Sequence record: ON185589.1
Length of the DNA: 46,060 nt
Source of the DNA: Escherichia phage EC147
Reading direction: 5' to 3' (one strand)
The notes under the pieces are model-generated. The model saw nothing but the letters and a program-made list of their open reading frames with translations, was not told the origin of the DNA and did no database searches. Below are positions 28,506-38,104 of the stretch, piece after piece (within the stretch, counting starts at the first letter, position 1; each line of letters opens with the position of its first letter). Position numbers and translations under genes: made by a program.

Positions 28506-30551
28506 ATGATTCCAAACATTGAAAAGCAAATATCAGCACTTGGTGAAGCGGTAATTAAATCCATTCAGGAGAGATTCACTGTTGGCGATATTGTGCCTTA
28601 CCCTTACCAGTGCGTTGCATACGCTGAGATCGCAAAGCGTATGAAAAATTATGATCATCCATTCTTTGTTAAAGCGTCCGTATCGGCTGGCAAAACATTG
28701 ATGTTTGCAATGGTTGCTCACCAGTGCCGGAAAATGGGCTTGAAAATGATGGTCCTTGCTCGCCAGGCTGAGATTGTGGATCAGGATTCTGAAGAGATAA
28801 CAAATCTTGGTGTGCCGAACTCCATCTATTGTGCAGGACTGAAGACAAAAAGAGCATACTTTCCGATCGTTGTTGGTTCTGAGGGAACTGTAGTTAATGG
28901 ACTGTTTAAAGCGCTTGGCGACTATGTTCCGCACGTTATCGGGATTGACGAGTGTCACCAGGTGGATTGGGAAGACCTTGCCGACGCAATAGAGAAAGAC
29001 GAATCATTTTTACAAATGACGACGAAGAAAGGCGAAAAAGTACCAAATCCAGATTATGACATAACAAAGGGAAGCAGGAACAGAAATACAGAGTTCCTGA
29101 TTGGTGATGATGGCTTGCCAATGGAGGGAACAGGACGCACACAATACACTGTCATTATTATGGAAATGATGCGCCGTTGCCGGAAAACATATGGTCATGA
29201 ACTACGCATATTTGGCATGACTGGATCAGAGTTTCGCGGTGTAGTGCCAATACTGGTAGAAGATAAAAAGCAAAAAGGATTCTGGCGTGAGCAGGTTACT
29301 AATATTGACACCAACTACCTGATCAAGTTCGGATCTGTTGTTCCGACTAATTTTGGCGACGTTGGCGATCTCGGGTATGACCTTTCAGAGTTTGAGGCAT
29401 CAAGTGAGGATGGAGTTGCAGACTTTGACGCTAAAACGCTTCGCAGGATGGAACAAAAAATTCATGAAGAAGCGACCATGACAAAGCGCATCATGGCGAA
29501 AGTTCACGAGATCTGTAAAAACCGCAATGGCGTACTTGTGACATGTGCAGGAGAAAGGCATTGCAAAGAGGCAGCGGCAGCGTTGCCACCTGGAACTACT
29601 TACAGGATCATTACTGGTAAGACTGGCGATAACCAGCGCAAGGAGTGGTTGAAAGAAGCATACGAGGGAAAGGTTAAATACATCTTCCAGGTGCAGGCGC
29701 TAACTACTGGCGTTAACGTGCCGTTTTGGGATACGTCTGTTATTCTGCGTAAGATTGGATCTCTTACGTTGCTGATTCAGCTTTTAGGTCGCGGAATGCG
29801 ACTACTTAAGAAGTGGCATAAGGAGCAAGGATTCCAGAAGGATGATCATCTAGTCATGGATTTTTCAGGAACGATGGACGAGCTAGGGGAGCTTTATTTT
29901 GATCCGATACTGGAACAGGCGCAGCATCAGAAGCGATTCAGAAATGGTAAAGATCCGAAGCCTTGCCCTATTTGCGGAACTCTTAATAGCTATTATGCTC
30001 GTCGTTGTATGCACGTAGACGAAAACGGCAACAGATGCGAATGGTTCTTTAAATTCAGGACATGTGATGATCAGATTGACCCGCGCACTAAAAAGATTAT
30101 TCAGCGCGGTTGTGGAACGAAAAATGATATTGCGGCCAGGGTATGCAGACATTGTGACATGTCATTGATTGACCCCAACGAGAAGTTAAGCGGAAAGCAC
30201 TACACAAAAAACGACTGGTTCCAGGTGCAATCTTTCGCGGTTGATATGACGAAAAACCAGAAAGGGATAATATTTAATTATGAGCTTTCCGATGGCATAG
30301 ACACTTTCAGGGCGAGAGAGATATTTTTCCCTGAATCTGAGAGCCAAATTTGCCGCGCAAAATGGCGAAGCGTTGCTCTTAAGCACATACCGGATCGCCG
30401 TGTCGCTGGTATGGTGGCGAGCTATCGCAATGCGCGTAAAATCATGCAATATGTGAATCACATCATGCCGCCATCGCGTGTGACTCACCGCAAGACTAGC
30501 AAGGGCGAAGATAATTTGTACAAGAAGGAATTTAATTATGGCAATGACTGA
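28506..30551 (+). CDS. superfamily 2 DNA helicase
   Basis: Walker A SVSAGKT and DExH box GIDECHQ; ORF track start 28440 is TTG inside the promoter element; ATG 28506 has AAAGG 7 nt upstream; 681 aa. Confidence 0.8.
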   Translation: MIPNIEKQISALGEAVIKSIQERFTVGDIVPYPYQCVAYAEIAKRMKNYDHPFFVKASVSAGKTLMFAMVAHQCRKMGLKMMVLARQAEIVDQDSEEITNLGVPNSIYCAGLKTKRAYFPIVVGSEGTVVNGLFKALGDYVPHVIGIDECHQVDWEDLADAIEKDESFLQMTTKKGEKVPNPDYDITKGSRNRNTEFLIGDDGLPMEGTGRTQYTVIIMEMMRRCRKTYGHELRIFGMTGSEFRGVVPILVEDKKQKGFWREQVTNIDTNYLIKFGSVVPTNFGDVGDLGYDLSEFEASSEDGVADFDAKTLRRMEQKIHEEATMTKRIMAKVHEICKNRNGVLVTCAGERHCKEAAAALPPGTTYRIITGKTGDNQRKEWLKEAYEGKVKYIFQVQALTTGVNVPFWDTSVILRKIGSLTLLIQLLGRGMRLLKKWHKEQGFQKDDHLVMDFSGTMDELGELYFDPILEQAQHQKRFRNGKDPKPCPICGTLNSYYARRCMHVDENGNRCEWFFKFRTCDDQIDPRTKKIIQRGCGTKNDIAARVCRHCDMSLIDPNEKLSGKHYTKNDWFQVQSFAVDMTKNQKGIIFNYELSDGIDTFRAREIFFPESESQICRAKWRSVALKHIPDRRVAGMVASYRNARKIMQYVNHIMPPSRVTHRKTSKGEDNLYKKEFNYGND

Positions 30552-30957
30552 TAAAGGCGATTATCTGGAGTTTTACGAAAGAGATCCGACAGATACGCTA
30601 AAAGAGGAATCGCACCAGATCGGGGCGTTTCAATGGTTGACTTATGCATACCCTGAATTGCTGGCATGGCATACGAAAAACGAGGGCGACAAGGGGATCG
30701 CTACAGCAATGATGGATCAGCAAGCTGGGCTTGTTAAGGGCGTAAGTGATTTTATCATCCTGATTGGATTAAAAGGCCGTTACCCGTTCGCGGCAATTGA
30801 GATGAAGCGCGTCAATAAGTCCGGCAATGGTAAGGCTTCACCAGTCAGCAAAGAGCAAAAAGCCTTCTTGCGACGTGTGCGTGAGCTTGGCGGATTCGCC
30901 GCCGTAACATACGGATATAAGCAATTCATGATCGCTGTAGAATACATGATGAAATAG
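30538..30957 (+). CDS. VRR-NUC domain nuclease
   Basis: 139 aa; PD-(D/E)xK-type core (VSDFIIL..AIEMKR) typical of VRR-NUC; overlaps helicase 3' end. Confidence 0.65.
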   Translation: MAMTDKGDYLEFYERDPTDTLKEESHQIGAFQWLTYAYPELLAWHTKNEGDKGIATAMMDQQAGLVKGVSDFIILIGLKGRYPFAAIEMKRVNKSGNGKASPVSKEQKAFLRRVRELGGFAAVTYGYKQFMIAVEYMMK

Positions 30958-30997
30958 CACTTTTTGTTAAAACAGGCGCGAAGGATTGCGCCATAAT
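30953..30997 (+). promoter_or_regulatory. conserved element + N18 + CATAAT (dam promoter)
   Basis: AATAGCACTTTTTGTTAAAAC (30953-73) overlapping the VRR-NUC stop TAG; CATAAT at 30992-97. Confidence 0.55.
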
Positions 30998-31031
30998 AAC
31001 ACCAGTTCAACAAGCAACAGGTAATTAAGAA

Positions 31032-31733
31032 ATGAGCAAAGAAACCGAAGTGACATTTGAACAAATAGAACGCGAAACATTCATTGGCAATGCTCTTGCT
31101 ACTGGTGGTCATTACCAGGCTGTTAAACCAAATCAATATTTCAAAGTGACTGGCAACCGCTATAACGGCAGCAATACGCCGGACGTTGTGCGCGATTTGT
31201 GGTCTACGCCGTCTGAGGTTGTCACATGGATGGAAAGCGAATACGGTGATTATGACATCGACGCGGCTGCAAGCAAAGAAAATTCTGTATGTGAAAAATT
31301 CTACAGCAAGGAAACAAATTGCTTAAAGCGTTGGTGGGGTAGTAACAAGCATATATGGCTGAATCCGCCGTACAGCAATATAACGCCTTTCGTTAAGAAA
31401 GCGATTGAGCAAATGGAGCACAATAACCAGATCGACATTCTGTTACCTTGCGACACATCTACAGGATGGTTTTATGAGGCACAACAGAAAGCAGCGGAAA
31501 TTATCTGGATCACTGGCGAAGTTTATCAGGAGGAAGGAACAGAATATTCCCGCACAGGACGCCTTGCGTTTACCTCGGCTCTTACAGGTAAACCAGTGCA
31601 GGGCAACAACAAAGGAAGCGTTATTTTCATCATGCGCGAACTTAAAGAAGGTGAGCAGCAGAAAACGCGATACGTTAAAATCAGCGACATTTGCCCTTCG
31701 GTGGCAGACCGTCGCGCACGGAAACGGAGCTAA
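31032..31733 (+). CDS. dam: DNA N6-adenine methyltransferase (phage Dam-type)
   Basis: 233 aa; catalytic NPPY motif (WLNPPYSN); overall pattern of phage Dam-type methyltransferases. Confidence 0.8.
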   Translation: MSKETEVTFEQIERETFIGNALATGGHYQAVKPNQYFKVTGNRYNGSNTPDVVRDLWSTPSEVVTWMESEYGDYDIDAAASKENSVCEKFYSKETNCLKRWWGSNKHIWLNPPYSNITPFVKKAIEQMEHNNQIDILLPCDTSTGWFYEAQQKAAEIIWITGEVYQEEGTEYSRTGRLAFTSALTGKPVQGNNKGSVIFIMRELKEGEQQKTRYVKISDICPSVADRRARKRS

Positions 31734-31737
31734 AGCC

Positions 31738-31995
31738 ATGCAAAAAGAAAGAAGCATTTATTTAAATGAAACTGGAAAGTGGTTGTTATTTCGCGCTATG
31801 GTATGCGATGCACTTGATAAAAACCCTAACGTGAAAAAGATGATTGATTGCGATCCGTGGGAATTTTCAAGCGCATTAGATATGAGCTTTGAGGAGACAA
31901 AAAAACTACCGCTTGAAAAATGGAGCGAGCAAATCAGAAATGACATGCAAGAATTTGTCGATTCGTGGAATTTTCAGCACGGAATAATCCACTAA
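31738..31995 (+). CDS. hypothetical protein
   Basis: ATG at 31738 with GGAG 8 nt upstream; 85 aa; ORF track 31405..31995 is an upstream extension overlapping dam. Confidence 0.5.
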   Translation: MQKERSIYLNETGKWLLFRAMVCDALDKNPNVKKMIDCDPWEFSSALDMSFEETKKLPLEKWSEQIRNDMQEFVDSWNFQHGIIH

Positions 31996-32038
31996 TAGCA
32001 CTTTTTGTTAAAACGCCAGACCTTGTGTCGGGCATAAT
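31994..32038 (+). promoter_or_regulatory. conserved element + N18 + CATAAT
   Basis: AATAGCACTTTTTGTTAAAAC (31994-32014) starting inside the stop codon of the upstream gene; CATAAT 32033-38. Confidence 0.55.
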
Positions 32039-32070
32039 TATTTCATCAAAACGAACAAGAGGAAAATAAA

Positions 32071-32250
32071 ATGGTTGTTTACGATCCACGCGCTTTTAAA
32101 ATTGCTCAAGAAGTTTCACGCGAATCTGTTGCTGGCGGTTCGGTTAACGGCTATCAGTTTGATTGGTCGGCAGCAATGACCCTGCTTAAGGTTGCATATG
32201 GTCACGCGCCAATTGAAACAGCGGAGGAATATTATAAGCATGAAGGTTGA
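32071..32250 (+). CDS. hypothetical small protein (59 aa, below ORF-track cutoff)
   Basis: ATG 32071 after AGAGGA; MVVYDPRAFKIAQEV..; stop overlaps next start (ATGAAGGTTGA). Confidence 0.45.
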   Translation: MVVYDPRAFKIAQEVSRESVAGGSVNGYQFDWSAAMTLLKVAYGHAPIETAEEYYKHEG

Positions 32251-32482
32251 ACAAGGTAGGCAGGCCGTATGGGATCACGCAAAGGAATGCGGGATAGCAG
32301 AAGACATAGCCAGGATAGCGAAATATTTTGATATTGCTGACATAAGCATTATCAGCGGCGACAAAATGACATTTCTCAATGAACGACCGCGCAAGATGCA
32401 TCGCGTACCAGCAATACCAACAAAGATTGATTTCAAAGAGGCTATGGCGAAAATTCGCGAGCCGCGCAAATACTACAAATGA
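32240..32482 (+). CDS. hypothetical protein
   Basis: ATG 32240 (in-frame internal Met of ORF 32192..32482) with GGAGG 11 nt upstream; 80 aa. Confidence 0.45.
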   Translation: MKVEQGRQAVWDHAKECGIAEDIARIAKYFDIADISIISGDKMTFLNERPRKMHRVPAIPTKIDFKEAMAKIREPRKYYK

Positions 32483-32493
32483 GGATTATTATC

Positions 32494-32568
32494 ATGTGGC
32501 GTTTGTTACTTTTGCCATTACCTGTTATGATGGCGATCTCTATTGTATATGTTGTCATAATGAGATAA
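32494..32568 (+). CDS. possible 24-aa hydrophobic peptide
   Basis: ATG 32494 after GAGGA; MWRLLLLPLPVMMAISIVYVVIMR; stop overlaps RBS of next gene; not in ORF track. Confidence 0.3.
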   Translation: MWRLLLLPLPVMMAISIVYVVIMR

Positions 32569-32580
32569 GGAGAATTTTTG

Positions 32581-33696
32581 ATGAAGCAAATCAAAATCAC
32601 AGATGAACAATTTATCAATGAGCGCAAGCAGGGAAAGACATATAAGCAGATCGCTAGTGAGTATGGCATGAACGTTCGCAGCATTGAGCGACGCGCGGCA
32701 CGATTAGCAAAGCAAGGTAAAGTTACAACCATCGGATCACCTGGTTTTGGTGTTACTGGAGAATCAAAGCTAATTGATAAAGATGGCAATGTGGTTATGA
32801 TATGGATTAAGACAAGCAAAGACCGCGAACAGTTAGAAGCATTAATGCAGGCCGCTATGGATGCATTTAGCGAAGAGGTTCCTCGACTTGATCCACAGAC
32901 AGAATCACAAAAGGATTATAGCGAGACGCTATCACTGTATCCGATCTTTGACATGCACTTGGGCGCAATGGCGCATAAGCATGAATGCGGCGAGAATTGG
33001 GATACAGCAACAGCAGAGCGCGTAATGAATAATTTCATTGATTATTCCATCCAGTGTGCGCCGGATAGTGAAAAAGCTGTTTTGCTGATTGGTGGTGATA
33101 TGCTTCACAGCGACGGACTGGAAGCGGTGACACCTGCAAGCGGTCACGTATTGGATCAAGATAGTAGATATGCAAAACTTGTTTATGTTGCCATCCGGTC
33201 AGTGCGTCGAGCAATTACAAAGCTGTTATCAAAACACAAAAACGTCGAGATTCAGATCATTGAAGGCAACCACGACCAAAGCGGCATGATCTGGTTGCGC
33301 GCAGCAATGGCGGCAGCATATGAGAATGAGCCACGAGTGCATGTTGATGTGTCTCCGCGAGTGGTTCATCACACACAATATGGCAAAACGTTCCTGGCAT
33401 ACCATCACGGGCATACTATCCGCAAACCTGAAACATTGCTAATGATGTGCGCGGCAGACTGGCGCGAAGACTTCGGCAATTCAAAAATGATGTATGCTCA
33501 CGTAGGGCACTGGCATCATCAAACAGTAACTGAAACAAGCCTGGGAATTGTTGAAGTGCATAGCACTATGGCGGCAAAAGATGCATATGCTGCGCGCGGT
33601 GGATGGCGTTCTCGTCGCCGTGCGGCTGTTATTGTTTATGATAAAGAATACGGAGAAGTAGGGCGATTTATGCATTATCCAGAAATGGCTGGTTGA
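32581..33696 (+). CDS. calcineurin-like metallophosphoesterase with N-terminal HTH-like region
   Basis: motifs DMH, GGDMLHSDG, EGNHD, HHGH, GHWHH; N-terminal KTYKQIASEYGMNVRSIERRAARL; ATG 32581 after AGGAG. Confidence 0.65.
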   Translation: MKQIKITDEQFINERKQGKTYKQIASEYGMNVRSIERRAARLAKQGKVTTIGSPGFGVTGESKLIDKDGNVVMIWIKTSKDREQLEALMQAAMDAFSEEVPRLDPQTESQKDYSETLSLYPIFDMHLGAMAHKHECGENWDTATAERVMNNFIDYSIQCAPDSEKAVLLIGGDMLHSDGLEAVTPASGHVLDQDSRYAKLVYVAIRSVRRAITKLLSKHKNVEIQIIEGNHDQSGMIWLRAAMAAAYENEPRVHVDVSPRVVHHTQYGKTFLAYHHGHTIRKPETLLMMCAADWREDFGNSKMMYAHVGHWHHQTVTETSLGIVEVHSTMAAKDAYAARGGWRSRRRAAVIVYDKEYGEVGRFMHYPEMAG

Positions 33697-33739
33697 ACTT
33701 TTAATCATTAAAATATAAATATAAATCATCAATTTAATT

Positions 33740-33771
33740 GGGCGTGGCATTTTGCTTCGCCCTTTTTTTAT
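33740..33771 (+). terminator. terminator-like hairpin before lysis cassette
   Basis: GGGCG..CGCCC followed by a 7-T run. Confidence 0.5.
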
Positions 33772-33842
33772 TCCTTTTTGTGCGTTCAATGGTTAGGATA
33801 CAATCAATTAATTGTTGACTTTTATCTACAGGAGATCTAATC

Positions 33843-34058
33843 ATGAAAGATTTTTTAAACACTGCAACTTCCGGCACTGGCGGCGCGTCAATCACTGGCG
33901 CTGTAACTGGTCAAACAACTATTGCAATAGCCAGCTTCGTTTTGATGGCTGCATTTGGTATGTGGGGCGCTTATCTTCGCTGGCGTGATAGTAAGGCGCT
34001 ACGTGACGCGCTTGAATGCGGTGATATTAAGAAAGCTATTGAGATCAGAGGTAAATAA
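33843..34058 (+). CDS. holin
   Basis: 71 aa, hydrophobic core [19 protein letters not shown], charged C-terminus; directly upstream of and overlapping endolysin (TAATG). Confidence 0.65.
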   Translation: MKDFLNTATSGTGGASITGAVTGQTTIAIASFVLMAAFGMWGAYLRWRDSKALRDALECGDIKKAIEIRGK

Positions 34059-34546
34059 TGAGTATAAAACAAAGAGTGACAGCTGCGGCTTTTGGCGTTG
34101 CTCTTGCCCTTACTTCTCCGCTACTGGAGGAAATAGAAGGAGTAAAACATAAGCCGTACAAAGATATTGCTGGGATATGGACGGTTTGCGCCGGAATAAC
34201 TGGACCTGACGTAATACCAGGCAAAACGTACACACAGAGAGAGTGCGATGCGCTACTGGCAAAGCATATCAAGATCGCAAAGGATGAAGTTGATAAACGT
34301 GTGAAGGTTGAGATTCCTGATACAATGCGCGCAGCGATGTATTCATTCACATACAATGCTGGCACTGGTGCTTTTAGAAATTCAACCATGCTTAAGCTGA
34401 TTAATAACGGTCGTTATATGGAAGCGTGCAATCAGTTATGGCGATGGACAAAATACACCAATCCAAAAACAGGAAAGAAAGAAACGTCTAAAGGACTGCG
34501 CAACCGCCGCGCGGTGGAATTTAAATATTGCATTAAGGATCTGTAA
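34058..34546 (+). CDS. endolysin (lysozyme-family, likely SAR-type)
   Basis: T4-lysozyme-like pattern ([33 protein letters not shown]); weakly hydrophobic Gly/Ala-rich N-terminus suggests a signal-anchor-release domain. Confidence 0.85.
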   Translation: MSIKQRVTAAAFGVALALTSPLLEEIEGVKHKPYKDIAGIWTVCAGITGPDVIPGKTYTQRECDALLAKHIKIAKDEVDKRVKVEIPDTMRAAMYSFTYNAGTGAFRNSTMLKLINNGRYMEACNQLWRWTKYTNPKTGKKETSKGLRNRRAVEFKYCIKDL

Positions 34547-34548
34547 TC

Positions 34549-34947
34549 ATGAGAAAGTTATCAGCAATCGCGATCGCTGTTATTTTGTCTGGATGTTCAA
34601 GCGTTACGCCACTGACCGGATTAATCGGTAGTAAGCCGGAAATCACAGCACAGGCAGGAGCGGAGAACGTAAAGCAGACCGTTGGCGTTACCGCAAAGCA
34701 GGACACCAGCACGAAACAGGAAACTACAATAAAGGAATCTGCGGTTGATAAGGTGGACACTTCCAGCAAGAAGGATTTCACTACGTCAACCATTCAGGCA
34801 AACACCATCAAGGCTGATAAAATCCAGGTTGTGCATGGTGAGCAAAGGAAGTGGTACGATCCTATAATCTATTGCGCTGCAATTTTCAGTGGTCTTTTGA
34901 CTATGCTTTACTTTTCCTACCGCAAAGATAACAAAAAGGAGGCTTAA
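34549..34947 (+). CDS. unimolecular spanin (lipoprotein with C-terminal transmembrane domain)
   Basis: lipobox LSGC at N-terminus, Thr/Lys-rich periplasmic region, C-terminal TMD IIYCAAIFSGLLTMLYF; third gene of the lysis cassette. Confidence 0.7.
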   Translation: MRKLSAIAIAVILSGCSSVTPLTGLIGSKPEITAQAGAENVKQTVGVTAKQDTSTKQETTIKESAVDKVDTSSKKDFTTSTIQANTIKADKIQVVHGEQRKWYDPIIYCAAIFSGLLTMLYFSYRKDNKKEA

Positions 34948-34964
34948 TGCCTCCTTTATTTTTA
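34937..34964. terminator. bidirectional terminator between lysis cassette and minus-strand operon
   Basis: AGGAGGC-TTAAT-GCCTCCT followed by TTTATTTTTAT. Confidence 0.65.
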
Positions 34965-35180
34965 TGCATCGGGCCATTCGTGGGAATGGTTTGTTAATTG
35001 TTGGTTTTCTTGAAACTCAATATCGTAATTACCAGCCATCACGCGCATTGCCATGTTTTCAACATATTCTACAGCTTGCTCACGAGTCCATGAGTCGGCT
35101 GGGAACTTTGTAGGAATTTCAGTAGTAGTTCCGTTTTCATGCTTGACAACCAGCGCCACGGTGAAAAATTTGTTGCTCAT
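34962..35180 (-). CDS. hypothetical protein
   Basis: 72 aa, RBS AAGGAAG; has its own copy of the conserved promoter element. Confidence 0.5.
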   Translation of the reverse strand: MSNKFFTVALVVKHENGTTTEIPTKFPADSWTREQAVEYVENMAMRVMAGNYDIEFQENQQLTNHSHEWPDA

Positions 35181-35216
35181 GGTAACTTCCTTTTGTTGTT
35201 TCGTTTCGATGAAACA

Positions 35217-35261
35217 AATATACCCGATACGAGATCGGGAGTTTTAACAAAAAGTGCTATT
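35217..35261 (-). promoter_or_regulatory. conserved element + N18 + TATATT
   Basis: minus-strand AATAGCACTTTTTGTTAAAAC + 18 nt (contains GATC) + TATATT. Confidence 0.55.
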
Positions 35262-35377
35262 CAATACGCTTTACAGTAACCAACAAAACGCCGTCCTCAT
35301 CACACAAATTATGCTCTGATATATCAAACGCTCGCATGTCAGAATGAATGAGCGTTAACATTGCGTGCATGAAGTCG

Positions 35378-35770
35378 TCATGTGAGATTGAACTTACGGC
35401 GCAGAACTTCAATATTTTGTCTATTAGCATTTGACGTAAACAATTCTTCATCGCTCATTTCTCCGATCCTTAAAACATCCCTTACCCATTCGTTTTGCAT
35501 ACCTTCCAGACTGTAAAGTTCAAACGAGAAAGGTCGATTTGCAGACCCTTTCTTACACCAGAACTTTCCACCAACTCCATCAAGATAACCAGCGGTCATC
35601 ATTCTTGCGCAAAACTCTTTTGAAACGGCGGTTGCAAACATTCTCGGCGTAAATCCTGCGGCCCTTGCGAGCCGCTCACATTCTCTATGCTGAAATATAA
35701 ATTTTGCGATATGTTGACGTGTAAACCATTCGAATGACTCACACCAGCGATACAGATCCAGAAGAAACAT
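35378..35770 (-). CDS. hypothetical protein
   Basis: 130 aa; start 2 nt after the stop of the upstream gene (translational coupling); preferred over overlapping ORF 35257..35451. Confidence 0.45.
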   Translation of the reverse strand: MFLLDLYRWCESFEWFTRQHIAKFIFQHRECERLARAAGFTPRMFATAVSKEFCARMMTAGYLDGVGGKFWCKKGSANRPFSFELYSLEGMQNEWVRDVLRIGEMSDEELFTSNANRQNIEVLRRKFNLT

Positions 35771-35772
35771 AA

Positions 35773-37356
35773 TTACCCCAGCAATGTTGGATTTACGAAA
35801 ACAACGCCATTAATCACACAAATATAATTTCTTTCTTCAAGCATCGGCAGCAGTTGCGTTTCCATACGCTTCATTACGCCAGCCTGACCAACAAACGGCT
35901 TAACTTTTCGTGCAGCCTCATATATGGCGCGAACATTCAAGATTCCCTTGTTAGCCTTACCGTGTCGAGTGATAATCTCGATTAGTTTACCCATTTCAGC
36001 ATCATCACCAGCATAGCCAGAAGCGTTGGCGGCGCTAATGTATGTTTTGCTCAACTCGCTAAACATCAGCAACGCCTCTTGAACGGTTTCAACCTCAATC
36101 TCTTTCGACTTCTGAGGGTATCCACCAGGATTAAACCAGTTGCGGATAGTGTGCAAAACTGAAGCAATCCTGATCACCTGCTTATCCATTTTGCCAAGCG
36201 CGCCGCGCAGCATTGTATGCGAATACTTTCCGCCATCGGCAAGGTGCGGTTCCATCTCCTGACGAGCCATGTTAAGAACTCGCATTGCTGATTTGCTGAT
36301 CTTAAGCTGGATGTTTGATTCACTCATGATGTTATGGATCAGCTTAAAATATTGACTTTTCAGTTCTCCATCAACAGGCTCATAAGTCGAATCACCGTTA
36401 TCATCAACAAACTTTCGACGACCTAAAAATGATTCCTCACGCACAAGCAAATAACGCTCACTTACACCGATACCGCGCGATCCTGCATCCATGATGGCAT
36501 TGATTGTTTCATCCTGAGCAATTACCGCCATACAGCCAAGAGCTTTAAAACTCATATTGTTGTCAGCGTTTGCACGAGCTATAGAAACATGACCATGATC
36601 CCATGCTTTTAGCACAAGTTCGCTGTTGGTTTTACGTTCGCTATTGGCATATGTCAGACCTAAAAGGCTGTTAATACTGGTTGCCTCGTCTGAAATCACA
36701 GCAAAGTTACCCTGGCGATTGTTGATTCTTGCAAGTCCTTCCGGCGTTGTGTCGGAGACAGGGAAAACAATGTCACACATCTTTTCCAGCTTTTCTTCAA
36801 GATCTTCTTTCTCCTGGTATAGCGATTCCATATCAGCGCCAGATCGCTCGCTTTTCATCTCTTTTGCAAGACCTGCCAACTTTGCCTGAATCTTTTTTCG
36901 TTCCTTCTTTCGCTGATCATTAATTCTTTCCACTTCAGCAACCATAGGAGCAATAGCCAGGCTGTTAACGGCAGATTTACCAGTTGAAGGAGGCTGACTT
37001 GTGACAACATAAAGAGCGGTTGGCTGATCCGTTCCGTGATACTCAACCGTGAAGCGTCCAAGCATTGCAGCAGACACGCAGCCGATGAAATGCATATAGG
37101 CCGATGATTCAGGGAATTGAACAGAGCGAGCAATGTTTCGCGCCAACTTACCAACAACATCAACATCATTGCCAAGAGAAATTACAGGGTAGCGATCGTT
37201 TCCGTTATTAACATCATTAACCTCACCCCAAAAGCTGGACGATTGACGGTATCCGTTAGCCTGAATGGACACGCGCACCGGAGACAGTCCTTGTGCATCA
37301 GCTAATTCGATAATTTGTTTTGGTGTTAGTTTATTTGTTTCAAACGAAAAATTCAT
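35773..37356 (-). CDS. putative P-loop ATPase (replication-associated)
   Basis: ATG 37356 after AAAGGAG (ORF track extends into the promoter); Walker A-like QPPSTGKS and Walker B-like VISDEA; 527 aa. Confidence 0.45.
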   Translation of the reverse strand: MNFSFETNKLTPKQIIELADAQGLSPVRVSIQANGYRQSSSFWGEVNDVNNGNDRYPVISLGNDVDVVGKLARNIARSVQFPESSAYMHFIGCVSAAMLGRFTVEYHGTDQPTALYVVTSQPPSTGKSAVNSLAIAPMVAEVERINDQRKKERKKIQAKLAGLAKEMKSERSGADMESLYQEKEDLEEKLEKMCDIVFPVSDTTPEGLARINNRQGNFAVISDEATSINSLLGLTYANSERKTNSELVLKAWDHGHVSIARANADNNMSFKALGCMAVIAQDETINAIMDAGSRGIGVSERYLLVREESFLGRRKFVDDNGDSTYEPVDGELKSQYFKLIHNIMSESNIQLKISKSAMRVLNMARQEMEPHLADGGKYSHTMLRGALGKMDKQVIRIASVLHTIRNWFNPGGYPQKSKEIEVETVQEALLMFSELSKTYISAANASGYAGDDAEMGKLIEIITRHGKANKGILNVRAIYEAARKVKPFVGQAGVMKRMETQLLPMLEERNYICVINGVVFVNPTLLG

Positions 37357-37383
37357 TGGTGATAACTCCTTTTTGATGCGGCA

Positions 37384-37428
37384 ATAATACCGCACCAATG
37401 CTACCCGCATTTAACAAAAAATGCTATT
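37384..37428 (-). promoter_or_regulatory. conserved element + N19 + TATTAT
   Basis: minus-strand ATAGCATTTTTTGTTAAAT + 19 nt + TATTAT; element overlaps stop TAG of the upstream gene. Confidence 0.55.
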
Positions 37429-37645
37429 TGATCCGCTCTATGCTAACTAAGATTTTTTCTGGTTCCTTTGCACTATGGCAATGCGCGGTTACAGAATCAA
37501 CAAAATCAAAGTAAAGTGATTTGTGATATGAGAATCCAATCAGCCACCCAACCATCGTTTTCTTTATTGGCCTGACTATATCGCCAGGCTTAAAGGTTTT
37601 TGTTGCCGAATGAGTCACCTTATAGCGATATTCAGCCTTGATCAC
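37424..37645 (-). CDS. hypothetical protein (GTG start)
   Basis: 73 aa; GTG start overlaps stop of upstream gene (GTGA). Confidence 0.4.
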   Translation of the reverse strand: MIKAEYRYKVTHSATKTFKPGDIVRPIKKTMVGWLIGFSYHKSLYFDFVDSVTAHCHSAKEPEKILVSIERIK

Positions 37646-38028
37646 TTATACATAGCCTCAAACAAATGACAGCCACCAGCGGAAAATCCAACTTCTTCGC
37701 GGTATAGCGTCCAGCGGTCGCCAGCTTCATCAAACACATAACCAGCAACAGCACCAAGCGCGCGCCCTTGCTCAATCTGGTAACGCTTTCCTTCTTTGAA
37801 ATGCTTTTTGCACGGGATCTTGTGATCTACAAATGTGCATTTAATTGTTTTTGTCTTGATATGACGATAGTCAGACTCAACAGCGTTTTGCCACTTGCTA
37901 CCCTTTGTAATGCTCTTTACCTGGAATTGTTCCAACTCGATCACATCATCGCTACCAGCAATTTTTTCGTATACAGCTTTATAACGACCGTTCATCAAAA
38001 CGTTGGTTTTATTGCAGATAACTTTCAT
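37642..38028 (-). CDS. hypothetical protein
   Basis: 128 aa, RBS AAGGAG. Confidence 0.5.
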   Translation of the reverse strand: MKVICNKTNVLMNGRYKAVYEKIAGSDDVIELEQFQVKSITKGSKWQNAVESDYRHIKTKTIKCTFVDHKIPCKKHFKEGKRYQIEQGRALGAVAGYVFDEAGDRWTLYREEVGFSAGGCHLFEAMYK

Positions 38029-38059
38029 CGTTTATTTCTCCTTTCGTTTCGGTGAAGTG

Positions 38060-38104
38060 ATTATGCCAGGCTTTTACACCTGGCTTTTAACAAAAAGTGC
38101 TATT
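38060..38104 (-). promoter_or_regulatory. conserved element + N18 + CATAAT
   Basis: minus-strand ATAGCACTTTTTGTTAAAAG + CCAGGTGTAAAAGCCTGG + CATAAT; element TAG is the stop codon of the methyltransferase-like gene. Confidence 0.55.

Noticed and set aside
35257-35451. Minus-strand ORF of 64 aa
   Set aside because: Its 3' end overlaps the conserved promoter element and it overlaps the longer, translationally coupled ORF 35378..35770 in another frame. Cannot be fully excluded.
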